A stretch of DNA of 64,000 nucleotides. Origin: Candidatus Krumholzibacteriales bacterium. Its GTDB lineage: Bacteria; Krumholzibacteriota; Krumholzibacteriia; Krumholzibacteriales; WJIX01. Position 1 is the stretch's first letter. Each line of letters opens with the position of its first letter. The notes beneath the pieces are model-generated. The model was not told the DNA's origin and ran no database searches. It was given only the letters and a program-made list of their open reading frames with translations. Both the position numbers and the translations under genes were made by a program. This document shows positions 57,313-64,000 of the stretch, piece after piece. The DNA is taken from assembly GCA_046483305.1 (NCBI GenBank), contig JAWODM010000072.1, positions 23,104-87,103 on the forward strand. The letters are read 5' to 3'.

Positions 57313-57390
57313 TTGAACTCCCGGTTCTTAATCCAACTACCGGCCTCGACCCCGGATTAAAACGATCCTCTGCCAATACGCCGCCGTTGA

Positions 57391-58773
57391 TTATCGGGTA
57401 TATAATCTATCTGTGTCCAGACCGTATTTCTCTATCGCTTTTGCAAAGCTGTCCTGTATTCCGTTCAGGGCCTGCTCTGTTTCCGCCTCGAACCTGAATA
57501 CCAGGACCGGCTGAGTGTTGGATGCTCTGATCAGCCCCCAGCCCTGATCGAAATCAACCCTGGCCCCGTCAACCGTGATTACCCGGTTGGTCCTGCTGAA
57601 ACGCTCGGAAACCTCTCTTACTATTTCGAACTTGTTCTCCTCGTCGCACTCTATCCTTATCTCCGGAGTGGACTTATACCTGCTGAACTCCGCGTAGAAT
57701 TCGCTCAGCGGTTTCTCTCTGGAGGATACGATTTCCAGGAGCCTGCAGGCGGCGTAAATGGCGTCATCAAAACCGAAATACCTGTCCGCGAAAAACTGGT
57801 GCCCGCTCATCTCTCCGGCTATGGGTGCATTTTCTTCCAGCATTTTGCTTTTCAACAGGGAGTGTCCGGTCTTCCACATCAGGGGGGTCCCTCCGTACTC
57901 GATTATATCTTCTTCCAGCGCCCTGGAGCATTTTACTTCGAATATCACTGTCGCTCCCGGGTTCTCCCTGAGCACTTCCTTCGCGTAGAGAGCCAGGAGA
58001 GCATCACCCCAGATAATATTTCCCTGTTCGTCCACTACCCCTATCCTGTCTGAATCTCCATCGAAACCTATACCCAGCTCCAGATCGTGGCCGGCAACCG
58101 CTTCCTTCAACCATTTGAGGTTCTCACTAACCGTGGGATCCGGATGGTGGTTAGGGAATGAACCGTCCGGTTCCATGAAAAGTTCCACCGGGCTGCATCC
58201 CAAGCCGGAAAAGATCTCCGGAGCAACCAGGCCCGCAGTCCCGTTACCTCCGTCGACCGCAAACCTTACCGGCCGGTCGAGGGAAATATTATCGATGATG
58301 TATTGTATATATTCACTCCCGGCATCCTTATCTGCAAGCTTACCCCTTCCGGAAGAAGCAGCGAACCTGCCGCCCTCGGCTATCTGATACAATTCTCTGA
58401 TGCTGTCCCCATATATAGTGGTTTCTCCTCGCAGAACCTTGAAACCATTGTATTCGGAGGGGTTGTGGCTGGCGGTTATCATAATCCCGCCGGGGATATT
58501 CCATACTCTGGACGCGAAATAGAAGGTGGGAGTAGGTACCTGCCCTATGTTTACCACGTCGACCCCGCTCTCCAGCAGGCCTTCGGTCAGAGCGGAGAAA
58601 TACCTTTCGCCGCTGTGGCGGACATCTCTACCCACTACTACTTCGTTCATCCCTTCTCTAAGGAATGTAACCGCCGCGGCACGCCCCAGGTCCCGGACCC
58701 CTTCATCGGTCAAGTCCTTGTCGACAATACCCCTTATATCATATTCCCTGAAAATATGCAGTGGCAGATCGAT
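57391..58773 (-). CDS. Phosphomannomutase/phosphoglucomutase (probable non-canonical ATC start)
   Basis: ITASHNP, DGDSDR, TGHS, GEMSGH and RASNTQP motifs. The conserved IFREYDIRG lies upstream of the first TTG (58713); GGAGGT sits 5 nt before ATC 58773. Confidence 0.92.
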   Translation of the reverse strand: MDLPLHIFREYDIRGIVDKDLTDEGVRDLGRAAAVTFLREGMNEVVVGRDVRHSGERYFSALTEGLLESGVDVVNIGQVPTPTFYFASRVWNIPGGIMITASHNPSEYNGFKVLRGETTIYGDSIRELYQIAEGGRFAASSGRGKLADKDAGSEYIQYIIDNISLDRPVRFAVDGGNGTAGLVAPEIFSGLGCSPVELFMEPDGSFPNHHPDPTVSENLKWLKEAVAGHDLELGIGFDGDSDRIGVVDEQGNIIWGDALLALYAKEVLRENPGATVIFEVKCSRALEEDIIEYGGTPLMWKTGHSLLKSKMLEENAPIAGEMSGHQFFADRYFGFDDAIYAACRLLEIVSSREKPLSEFYAEFSRYKSTPEIRIECDEENKFEIVREVSERFSRTNRVITVDGARVDFDQGWGLIRASNTQPVLVFRFEAETEQALNGIQDSFAKAIEKYGLDTDRLYTR

Positions 58774-58820
58774 GGCCTACCTCCAATCCTTATAAGCTCT
58801 GAAAAGAAAGCGCGTCTTTT

Positions 58821-59267
58821 CTATTCCTTCACAACCCAGACTTTAACCTGAGCCTCCACATCAGCGTGAAGTTTTATGGCAACCGTATAGACACCCAGAA
58901 CCTTGATAGGTTTTTCAAGCTCCACCTGCCCGGGTGTAATCCCGATACCACTCTCTGTGCTTACCGCTTCAGCTATATCCCTTTCACTGACCGAGCCGTA
59001 GAGCTGATCTTCCTCGCCCGCCTGCACGACTATAGTGACAGATACATTCTTGAGTTCTTCAGCGGTTTCCTGAAGGTCTCTCTTGAGCTTTTTCTCTTTT
59101 ATCTCTCTCTGGCGCTTCTCCTCTTCAAGTATCTTTCTGCTTGCTCTGGTGGCGATTATGGCCAACCCTTTGGGTATCAGATAATTCCTGGCAAACCCGG
59201 GTTTTACATCCACCAGCTCTCCCCGCTCACCAAGATTTTTTACATCCTCTTTAAGAATAAGTTCCAT
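58821..59267 (-). CDS. rplI: 50S ribosomal protein L9
   Basis: LGERGELVDVKPGFARNYLIPKG, LYGSV and PIKVLG motifs. Confidence 0.98.
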   Translation of the reverse strand: MELILKEDVKNLGERGELVDVKPGFARNYLIPKGLAIIATRASRKILEEEKRQREIKEKKLKRDLQETAEELKNVSVTIVVQAGEEDQLYGSVSERDIAEAVSTESGIGITPGQVELEKPIKVLGVYTVAIKLHADVEAQVKVWVVKE

Positions 59268-59280
59268 AATACTATCTCCC

Positions 59281-59538
59281 TTACCGGAAATATACTTTTA
59301 CAAACGGCAGCAGCGCCATAAATCTCGCTCTCTTAATGGCGCGGGCCAACATTCTCTGGTGATGAGCGCATGTACCCGTAACTCTGCGGGGCGCTATTTT
59401 ACCCCGGTCAGTTACAAACTGCTTCAGCATTGTGTCATCCTTCCAGTCGACACTGGTAACTTTTCTCTTACAGAGCTTACAGGGCTTATCGCTCCCGACC
59501 TTATTCCTCTGAGACTTCCGCTTGGATTTCTTTGCCAT
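59281..59538 (-). CDS. rpsR: 30S ribosomal protein S18 (Zn-binding C+ form)
   Basis: CKLC...DWKD...[18 protein letters not shown]...AIKRAR. Confidence 0.98.
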   Translation of the reverse strand: MAKKSKRKSQRNKVGSDKPCKLCKRKVTSVDWKDDTMLKQFVTDRGKIAPRRVTGTCAHHQRMLARAIKRARFMALLPFVKVYFR

Positions 59539-59876
59539 TATATCCCCCCTGCTGTTTCGGTCTCGGATACGTCAGGCTCTACGATATTCGGGTTTTCGTT
59601 CTGTACTATCATGTGCCTGATTACCTGGTCATTATATCTGAACACCCTGCGCAGTTCATCGAGAATTTCGTTATTCCCCCTGAAGTAAACCAGCACGTAG
59701 ATACCTTCGGCGTTACCGTCGATATCGTAAGCAAGCCTGCGTTTTCCCCAGATATCTTTTTTCTGAATTTCTCCGCCTCGTGAAGTTACTATCTCTTTGA
59801 GGCCGTTGATTTGATTCTCGACTTCGGAATCATCCAAAGCCGCCTTGAGAATGAAAACACACTCATATGAACGCAT
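59538..59876 (-). CDS. rpsF: 30S ribosomal protein S6
   Basis: [22 protein letters not shown] and VIRHMIV motifs; ATG 59876. Confidence 0.97.
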   Translation of the reverse strand: MRSYECVFILKAALDDSEVENQINGLKEIVTSRGGEIQKKDIWGKRRLAYDIDGNAEGIYVLVYFRGNNEILDELRRVFRYNDQVIRHMIVQNENPNIVEPDVSETETAGGI

Positions 59877-59883
59877 CTTCAAT

Positions 59884-59927
59884 CCCTCCCTTCGGTCTTA
59901 AACGACTTCCTGTATAAGGAAGCAGGG
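59884..59927 (-). promoter_or_regulatory. S6:S18 ribosomal protein leader RNA
   Basis: Minus strand CCCT-GCTTCCT-TATAC-AGGAAGT-CGTTTAAGA-CCG-A-AGGG-AGG: P1 pairs with the SD region, P2 is a hairpin, and an unpaired CCG precedes the 3' strand of P1. Confidence 0.8.
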
Positions 59928-59973
59928 CTATATAATTTAAATACCGCACTTCCCGTCCGCCCGGTAAAGATTG

Positions 59974-60002
59974 AATATAACAATAGCGGACCTCACGGTC
60001 AA
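59974..60002 (-). promoter_or_regulatory. sigma70 promoter of rpsF-rpsR-rplI
   Basis: TTGACC-17 bp-TATATT with an extended -10 TG. Confidence 0.7.
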
Positions 60003-60080
60003 GAAGCAGATTGCCGGGCTTATTCACTTGATTAAATGCCCGCGGTATCTCATTCCGGGCAGCAGGCGCCCGGTCATACT

Positions 60081-60653
60081 TCATTCAATGCCCCGGCGGT
60101 TAAACCGCTGCATAGCCTCCCGGACGCCGCAGAGAATCACTGTCTCCACCGCTTCAACCGCTTCGGACAGGATATCTTCCATAATCTCTTCTTCCCTGCC
60201 GGTAAAACTTCCCAGGACAAAATCCTTCCAGCGCGAAGGGTCCGGGGGAGGGCCTATCCCGATTCTTAACCTTGGATAATCTCTTGAGCCCAGATAGTTC
60301 TCAATCGATTCCAGTCCATTATGGCCGCCGCTTCCGCCCGATCTCCTTATCCTGATACTTCCCAGATCCAGATTTATGTCATCGCATATTACCAGCAAGT
60401 TGGAAGGTTCTATACCGGGAAATAACCTCAGGGCTGTTCCACTCAGATTCACATAAGTCAGAGGTTTAACAAGCAACACTTCCCTGCCGTCGATATACCA
60501 GTCCGCTATCTCCGCTTTGCCATCCGCATTCTTCCAGGCCGCGCCAATCTTTCGCGCAAGTGAATCCAGAACATCAAAACCAAGATTATGCCTGGTACGG
60601 TCATATTCGCTGCCGGGATTGCCGAGTCCGCAAAGATAAGATATACGGTCCAT
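60081..60653 (-). CDS. pth: Peptidyl-tRNA hydrolase
   Basis: GLGNPG, TRHNLGF, KPLTYVNLSG, GGHNGL and RLRIGIG motifs. Confidence 0.97.
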   Translation of the reverse strand: MDRISYLCGLGNPGSEYDRTRHNLGFDVLDSLARKIGAAWKNADGKAEIADWYIDGREVLLVKPLTYVNLSGTALRLFPGIEPSNLLVICDDINLDLGSIRIRRSGGSGGHNGLESIENYLGSRDYPRLRIGIGPPPDPSRWKDFVLGSFTGREEEIMEDILSEAVEAVETVILCGVREAMQRFNRRGIE

Positions 60654-60665
60654 CCTGAATCAGGA

Positions 60666-61367
60666 TTATTCCTCTTCCTGCTCTCCGGTTTCCGCTTTCT
60701 CCTCTTCTTCCTTTTCTCCCTCTTCTTCTCCCTCTTCTCCTTCCGGAATTTCTTCCCCTTCGAGTTCCTCTTCGATCTCTTCCTCTGGAAGCTCGAGCTC
60801 TTTGGGAGCGGAAACATGAGCGATGGTCCTGTCAGCGTCATAAACAAAATCGAACTGTTCATACTCCTTTACGATATCGGATATATGAATTGAATCGCCG
60901 ATACCCAGATCGCTGACATCAATGGTAATAAAATCAGGGATATCAGCCGCCTTTGAATTAATGAGAATTCGCCGGGCGGCCTGATAGAGGATACCGCCCT
61001 CTTCCTTGACACCCCTGGGATCGCCGGTAGTCTTGATCTGAACGTTTACATCTATCTTCTCATCCGTATAAACTCTGAGAAGATCCATGTGGAGTATCTC
61101 CCCGGTTACCGGATGCTGCTGCACCTCTTTAACCAGGGTTATCTCGTTGCTCAGATCGACTCCTTCTATATCGAGCTGAATGATCAGGTTCTCGGTGCTA
61201 GCGTTATGAAGGATTTCCCAGATATCATGCTCATCCATAACCAGCGGCAGAGGTTCCTGCTTATGGCCGTATAATATTCCTGGAACCTTGCCCTCGCGCC
61301 TGATCCTGCGGCCGCTCTTCTTGCCGGTCCTCTTCCTGATATGGGACTTGAGTGAAATTTTCTCCAT
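60666..61367 (-). CDS. rplY: 50S ribosomal protein L25/Ctc with an acidic tail
   Basis: RREGKVPGILYG, QQHPV..ILHMD, GVKEEGG and IGDSIHISD motifs; Glu-rich C-terminus. Confidence 0.96.
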   Translation of the reverse strand: MEKISLKSHIRKRTGKKSGRRIRREGKVPGILYGHKQEPLPLVMDEHDIWEILHNASTENLIIQLDIEGVDLSNEITLVKEVQQHPVTGEILHMDLLRVYTDEKIDVNVQIKTTGDPRGVKEEGGILYQAARRILINSKAADIPDFITIDVSDLGIGDSIHISDIVKEYEQFDFVYDADRTIAHVSAPKELELPEEEIEEELEGEEIPEGEEGEEEGEKEEEEKAETGEQEEE

Positions 61368-61381
61368 TTTATCCTCCGTAC

Positions 61382-62317
61382 CTATTCAAATAATACACTT
61401 ATTGACTCTTCGTTATGAATCCTCATAATGGCTTTGCCCAGAAGCTCTGAGAGATCCACAACCCTGACCTTACCGCAGAGATCAAAATCGTCAAAAGGGA
61501 TGGAATTGGTAACCACGACCTCCTCGATGGGAGAATCGTTAAGTTTTTCCAGAGCGTCACCAGAAAAAACCGGATGAGAGGCTACCGCCGTTATTCTGCG
61601 GGCTCCTTCGGAACGCAGGGCGGAAGCCGCCTGAGTGATTGTTCCGGCAGTACTTATTATGTCATCCAGGATAATTATATCCTTACCCGAAACGTCACCG
61701 ATTATGTTCATTACATTCGATGAATCCGGCCTGGCCCTCCTCTTGTCGACTATCGCCAGTTTAGCGTTCAGCTTCTTGGCGAAAGACCTTCCCAGCTTGA
61801 TCCCCCCCACATCGGGGGAAACAACGGTAACATCCTTCAAATTCTTCCCTTTAATATATTCAAGGAAGACCGGGGTTGCAAAGAGATTATCGACCTGAAT
61901 ATCAAAAAATCCCTGAATCTGCGCGGCATGAAGCTCGAATGCCAGTACCCGGTGAGCTCCGGCGGTCTCCAGAAGGTTACAGACCAGTTTCGCGGATATG
62001 GGAACTCTCGGTTTATCCTTACGGTCCTGCCTCCCGTAACCGTAGTAAGGTATAACTGCAGTAATTCTCCTGGCCGAAGCGCGATAACAGGCATCTATCA
62101 TAATCAGCAGTTCCATGAGGTTATCAGCGGGGGGAAATGTCGGCTGAATGATAAACACATCCTTGCCCCTGATATTCTCATTTATTACCACCCTTATCTC
62201 TCCGTCAGAAAAGCGGCCGGTTTCGACTTTGCAGAGTTCCATATCGAGATACCCGGCAATAGATTCTGAAAGAGCGGGATTCGCACTGCCTGAAATCAAT
62301 ACAATACTGCCGTTCAT
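61382..62317 (-). CDS. prs: Ribose-phosphate pyrophosphokinase
   Basis: FSDGE, PYYGYGRQDRK, LHAAQIQGFF, VSPDVGG and DDIISTAGT motifs. Confidence 0.98.
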   Translation of the reverse strand: MNGSIVLISGSANPALSESIAGYLDMELCKVETGRFSDGEIRVVINENIRGKDVFIIQPTFPPADNLMELLIMIDACYRASARRITAVIPYYGYGRQDRKDKPRVPISAKLVCNLLETAGAHRVLAFELHAAQIQGFFDIQVDNLFATPVFLEYIKGKNLKDVTVVSPDVGGIKLGRSFAKKLNAKLAIVDKRRARPDSSNVMNIIGDVSGKDIIILDDIISTAGTITQAASALRSEGARRITAVASHPVFSGDALEKLNDSPIEEVVVTNSIPFDDFDLCGKVRVVDLSELLGKAIMRIHNEESISVLFE

Positions 62318-62332
62318 TTATTACCCTCCAAT

Positions 62333-62356
62333 AAAAAAATGACCAGGAGCGGCCAC
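62333..62356 (-). terminator. Possible weak intrinsic terminator or processing hairpin between tRNA-Gln and prs
   Basis: Minus strand GTGGCC-GCTCCT-GGTCAT (two G-U pairs) followed by T6. Confidence 0.45.
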
Positions 62357-62370
62357 CACTATCTTTCTTT

Positions 62371-62441
62371 CTGGGGCGGGAGGATTCGAACCTCCGATGC
62401 GGGACCCAAAATCCCGTGTCTTGCCACTTGACGACGCCCCA
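62371..62441 (-). tRNA. tRNA-Gln(TTG), CCA not encoded
   Basis: Acceptor stem TGGGGCG/CGCCCCA plus G; anticodon arm CGGGA-TTTTGGG-TCCCG; T arm GGAGG-TTCGAAT-CCTCC. Confidence 0.97.
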
Positions 62442-62473
62442 ATTATAACTTAAGGAGAATTCCGTCTCAGGGG

Positions 62474-62764
62474 CTATTCCGAAACCTCCAGTTCGGTTTC
62501 GGATTCCGTGCTGTCCTTTTTCTCCTCGTAGGCCTCTAATATTTTCTGTTCCATCCAATTCCTTGTTTCACTGTTAATTGGATGAGCAATGTCCTGATAA
62601 GTGCCGTCGGGTCTCTTACGGCTTGGCATCGCGATGAACATACCCTTCGCGCCCTTGATCACTTTGAGGCCTCTGATAACAAAACAGTCATCCAACGTTA
62701 CACTGGCAAAGGCTTTTAACTTATTGTGGTCATGTAAAGAAATTCTGATCTCGGTGATATTCAT
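62474..62764 (-). CDS. spoVG: Nucleic-acid-binding regulator SpoVG
   Basis: MNITEIRI...LKAFASVTLDDCFVIRGLKVI...FIAMPSRK...DIAHPINSETR. Confidence 0.96.
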   Translation of the reverse strand: MNITEIRISLHDHNKLKAFASVTLDDCFVIRGLKVIKGAKGMFIAMPSRKRPDGTYQDIAHPINSETRNWMEQKILEAYEEKKDSTESETELEVSE

Positions 62765-62788
62765 TTGCCCCCCTTGGATTCCTTAGCA

Positions 62789-63658
62789 TTAGAGTTTAAT
62801 AGCTTTCTCCCTCGGCTCAACAACTATCCCACTGTATCCTTTGCCTGCCATAAGTTCAAATTCCTGATCAGCTTCTCTTCTTTCGGCGAAAACACTGAAA
62901 CAAACAGAACCGCTGCCGCTGAGAGAAGAGAATAAAGCCTTCCCATTCTTTCTTAACAGATTTAGAATATTCCTTACTTCTGGATAACCGGAGCTTACAC
63001 TCTTTTCAAAACTGTTGTGAGAGCGAATTCTTCCATGCGGAATCCGGCTCAATCCTTCTAAAAACAATCCAAGTTTATATCTGCTCTGAACCTTTGTCAA
63101 CACCAAATCGATATTTTTATAGGCATCCGCGGTATTAATTCTCATATCCGGTATTATCAGGAGTATGAAGACATCCTCAATCCCTCTGATTCCCTCCAGA
63201 ATTTCACCTCTTCCCCTGCCTATGGCTGGTTTATTAAATACGAAAAACGGAACGTCGCTTCCTATCGCCAGCCCTATATGGGCCAATCTTTCCGTAGAGA
63301 AACGGAAGTCAAACAACCTGTTCAACCCTATAAGCACCCCTGCCGCATCGCTGCTTCCGCCGCCCAGGCCGGCGCCGTGCGGAATTTTCTTATCCACCTC
63401 TATCCGGGCGCCCCCCCGGTACCCGGCCTCCCGGAAGATTGCTTCCGCCGCCCGGCGGCATAGGTTTCCGCTGCCCCAGCCGATACTCTCATCACTGCCC
63501 CTGAGAACGATACCCGAATCGGCTTCACTGATTCGGATGGTGTCTGAAAGGGAAACCGGCTGGTAAACAGTCTCTATTTCGTGATAGCCGTCATCCCTTT
63601 TGCCGGTGATGCCGAGGTAGAGATTTATCTTTGCCCTGCATTCAATCAGAAGGCTCAA
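62789..63658 (-). CDS. ispE: 4-diphosphocytidyl-2-C-methyl-D-erythritol kinase
   Basis: AKINLYL, RDDGYHEI, IPHGAGLGGGSSDAA, GSDVPFF and LSGSGS motifs; TTG start. Confidence 0.97.
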   Translation of the reverse strand: MSLLIECRAKINLYLGITGKRDDGYHEIETVYQPVSLSDTIRISEADSGIVLRGSDESIGWGSGNLCRRAAEAIFREAGYRGGARIEVDKKIPHGAGLGGGSSDAAGVLIGLNRLFDFRFSTERLAHIGLAIGSDVPFFVFNKPAIGRGRGEILEGIRGIEDVFILLIIPDMRINTADAYKNIDLVLTKVQSRYKLGLFLEGLSRIPHGRIRSHNSFEKSVSSGYPEVRNILNLLRKNGKALFSSLSGSGSVCFSVFAERREADQEFELMAGKGYSGIVVEPREKAIKL

Positions 63659-63698
63659 TTCCGCACCCTGTCTGTCTGAAAATAGTTCTGTCGGGAAA

Positions 63699-63728
63699 AC
63701 TATAATAACTCTCCGGCACGGAGGTCAA
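63699..63728 (-). promoter_or_regulatory. Putative sigma70 promoter upstream of ispE
   Basis: TTGACC-18 bp-TATAGT. Confidence 0.55.
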
Positions 63729-63848
63729 GAGTTCATTGAACAGGAGTTTTCCCAAAAAATAAGCCAGAATGTCGGTAAGGTAATCTTTAACAACAACTTA
63801 GTTTTGATAGCACCTGGAATCGGCCTTAAGCATTGATAGAAGCGGCTG

Positions 63849-63987
63849 AGTGATTAATTCAAAACCCTCCGGAGAGCGAGCGGGCATGGTTTTCTGACCC
63901 GCAGGGTCAGAAAGAGCTGGTCCGGGGCTCAGAGCGGCAGTTTCCTCGCCGGAGAAACCGACAGCGGTTTTGACAGAATCAATCACT
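63849..63987. repeat. Nested imperfect inverted repeats (candidate structured RNA)
   Basis: 63849-63866 pairs with 63966-63987; 63867-63876 pairs with 63945-63954; perfect 10-bp hairpin at 63891-63913. Confidence 0.5.
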
Positions 63988-64000
63988 ACCTCCGGTTTTC

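Noticed and set aside
57318..57360. TTAATCC...GGATTAA inverted repeat between PMM and manC
   Set aside because: Only 7 bp with a long spacer and no U-tract, too weak to call a terminator or operator.
57391..58773. Phosphomannomutase as a 5'-truncated pseudogene
   Set aside because: The frame is open and all catalytic motifs are intact. A well-spaced SD precedes ATC, so a non-canonical start or base error is more parsimonious.
60666..60790. TC-rich low-complexity tract
   Set aside because: It encodes the Glu-rich tail typical of L25/Ctc proteins and is not a separate repeat element.
63798..63986. 62-aa minus-strand ORF
   Set aside because: The SD-like GGAGGT is only 1 nt from the GTG, there is no recognisable motif, and nested inverted repeats explain the region better.

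Overview
Bacterial chromosomal window with about 54 tightly packed CDS. All lie on the minus strand except an amidase-tonB pair. Gene order and content suggest a diderm FCB-affiliated lineage, possibly Latescibacterota/Krumholzibacteriota-like (inference from murC-ftsQ adjacency, rpsF-rpsR-rplI without ssb, a T9SS-type C-terminal domain and DUF2723). In transcription order (right to left) the window holds: ispE-spoVG-tRNA-Gln-prs-rplY-pth; rpsF-rpsR-rplI behind an S6:S18 leader; PMM-manC-PPIase-DUF151-gamma-CA-LpoA-like; a divergent amidase-tonB pair; selA-SPOR protein-smc-ftsY; an FMN riboswitch with ribD-ribE-ribBA-ribH-nusB; a ~24 kb, 17-gene envelope glycosylation locus (13563-37426); and the dcw cluster from mraZ to ftsQ (partial) with MraZ-box repeats. 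The best candidate for an undescribed system is the glycosylation locus. It combines two polyprenyl-phosphate sugar synthases, two flippase types and three GT-C-type membrane proteins, one of them a TMEM260-like DUF2723+TPR protein. It also has a GT2 fused to an apparently dead phosphoglycosyltransferase, a FemAB/VimA-like GNAT and a PorZ-like T9SS protein. Together these suggest protein O-mannosylation and/or glycan anchoring of T9SS cargo. Other oddities are a pseudo-BY-kinase/TM/SPOR protein, a phosphomannomutase that appears to need an ATC start, frequent TTG starts and two candidate structured RNAs. No mobile elements, CRISPR arrays or rRNA genes were seen. All family assignments come from motif recognition by eye, not database searches.
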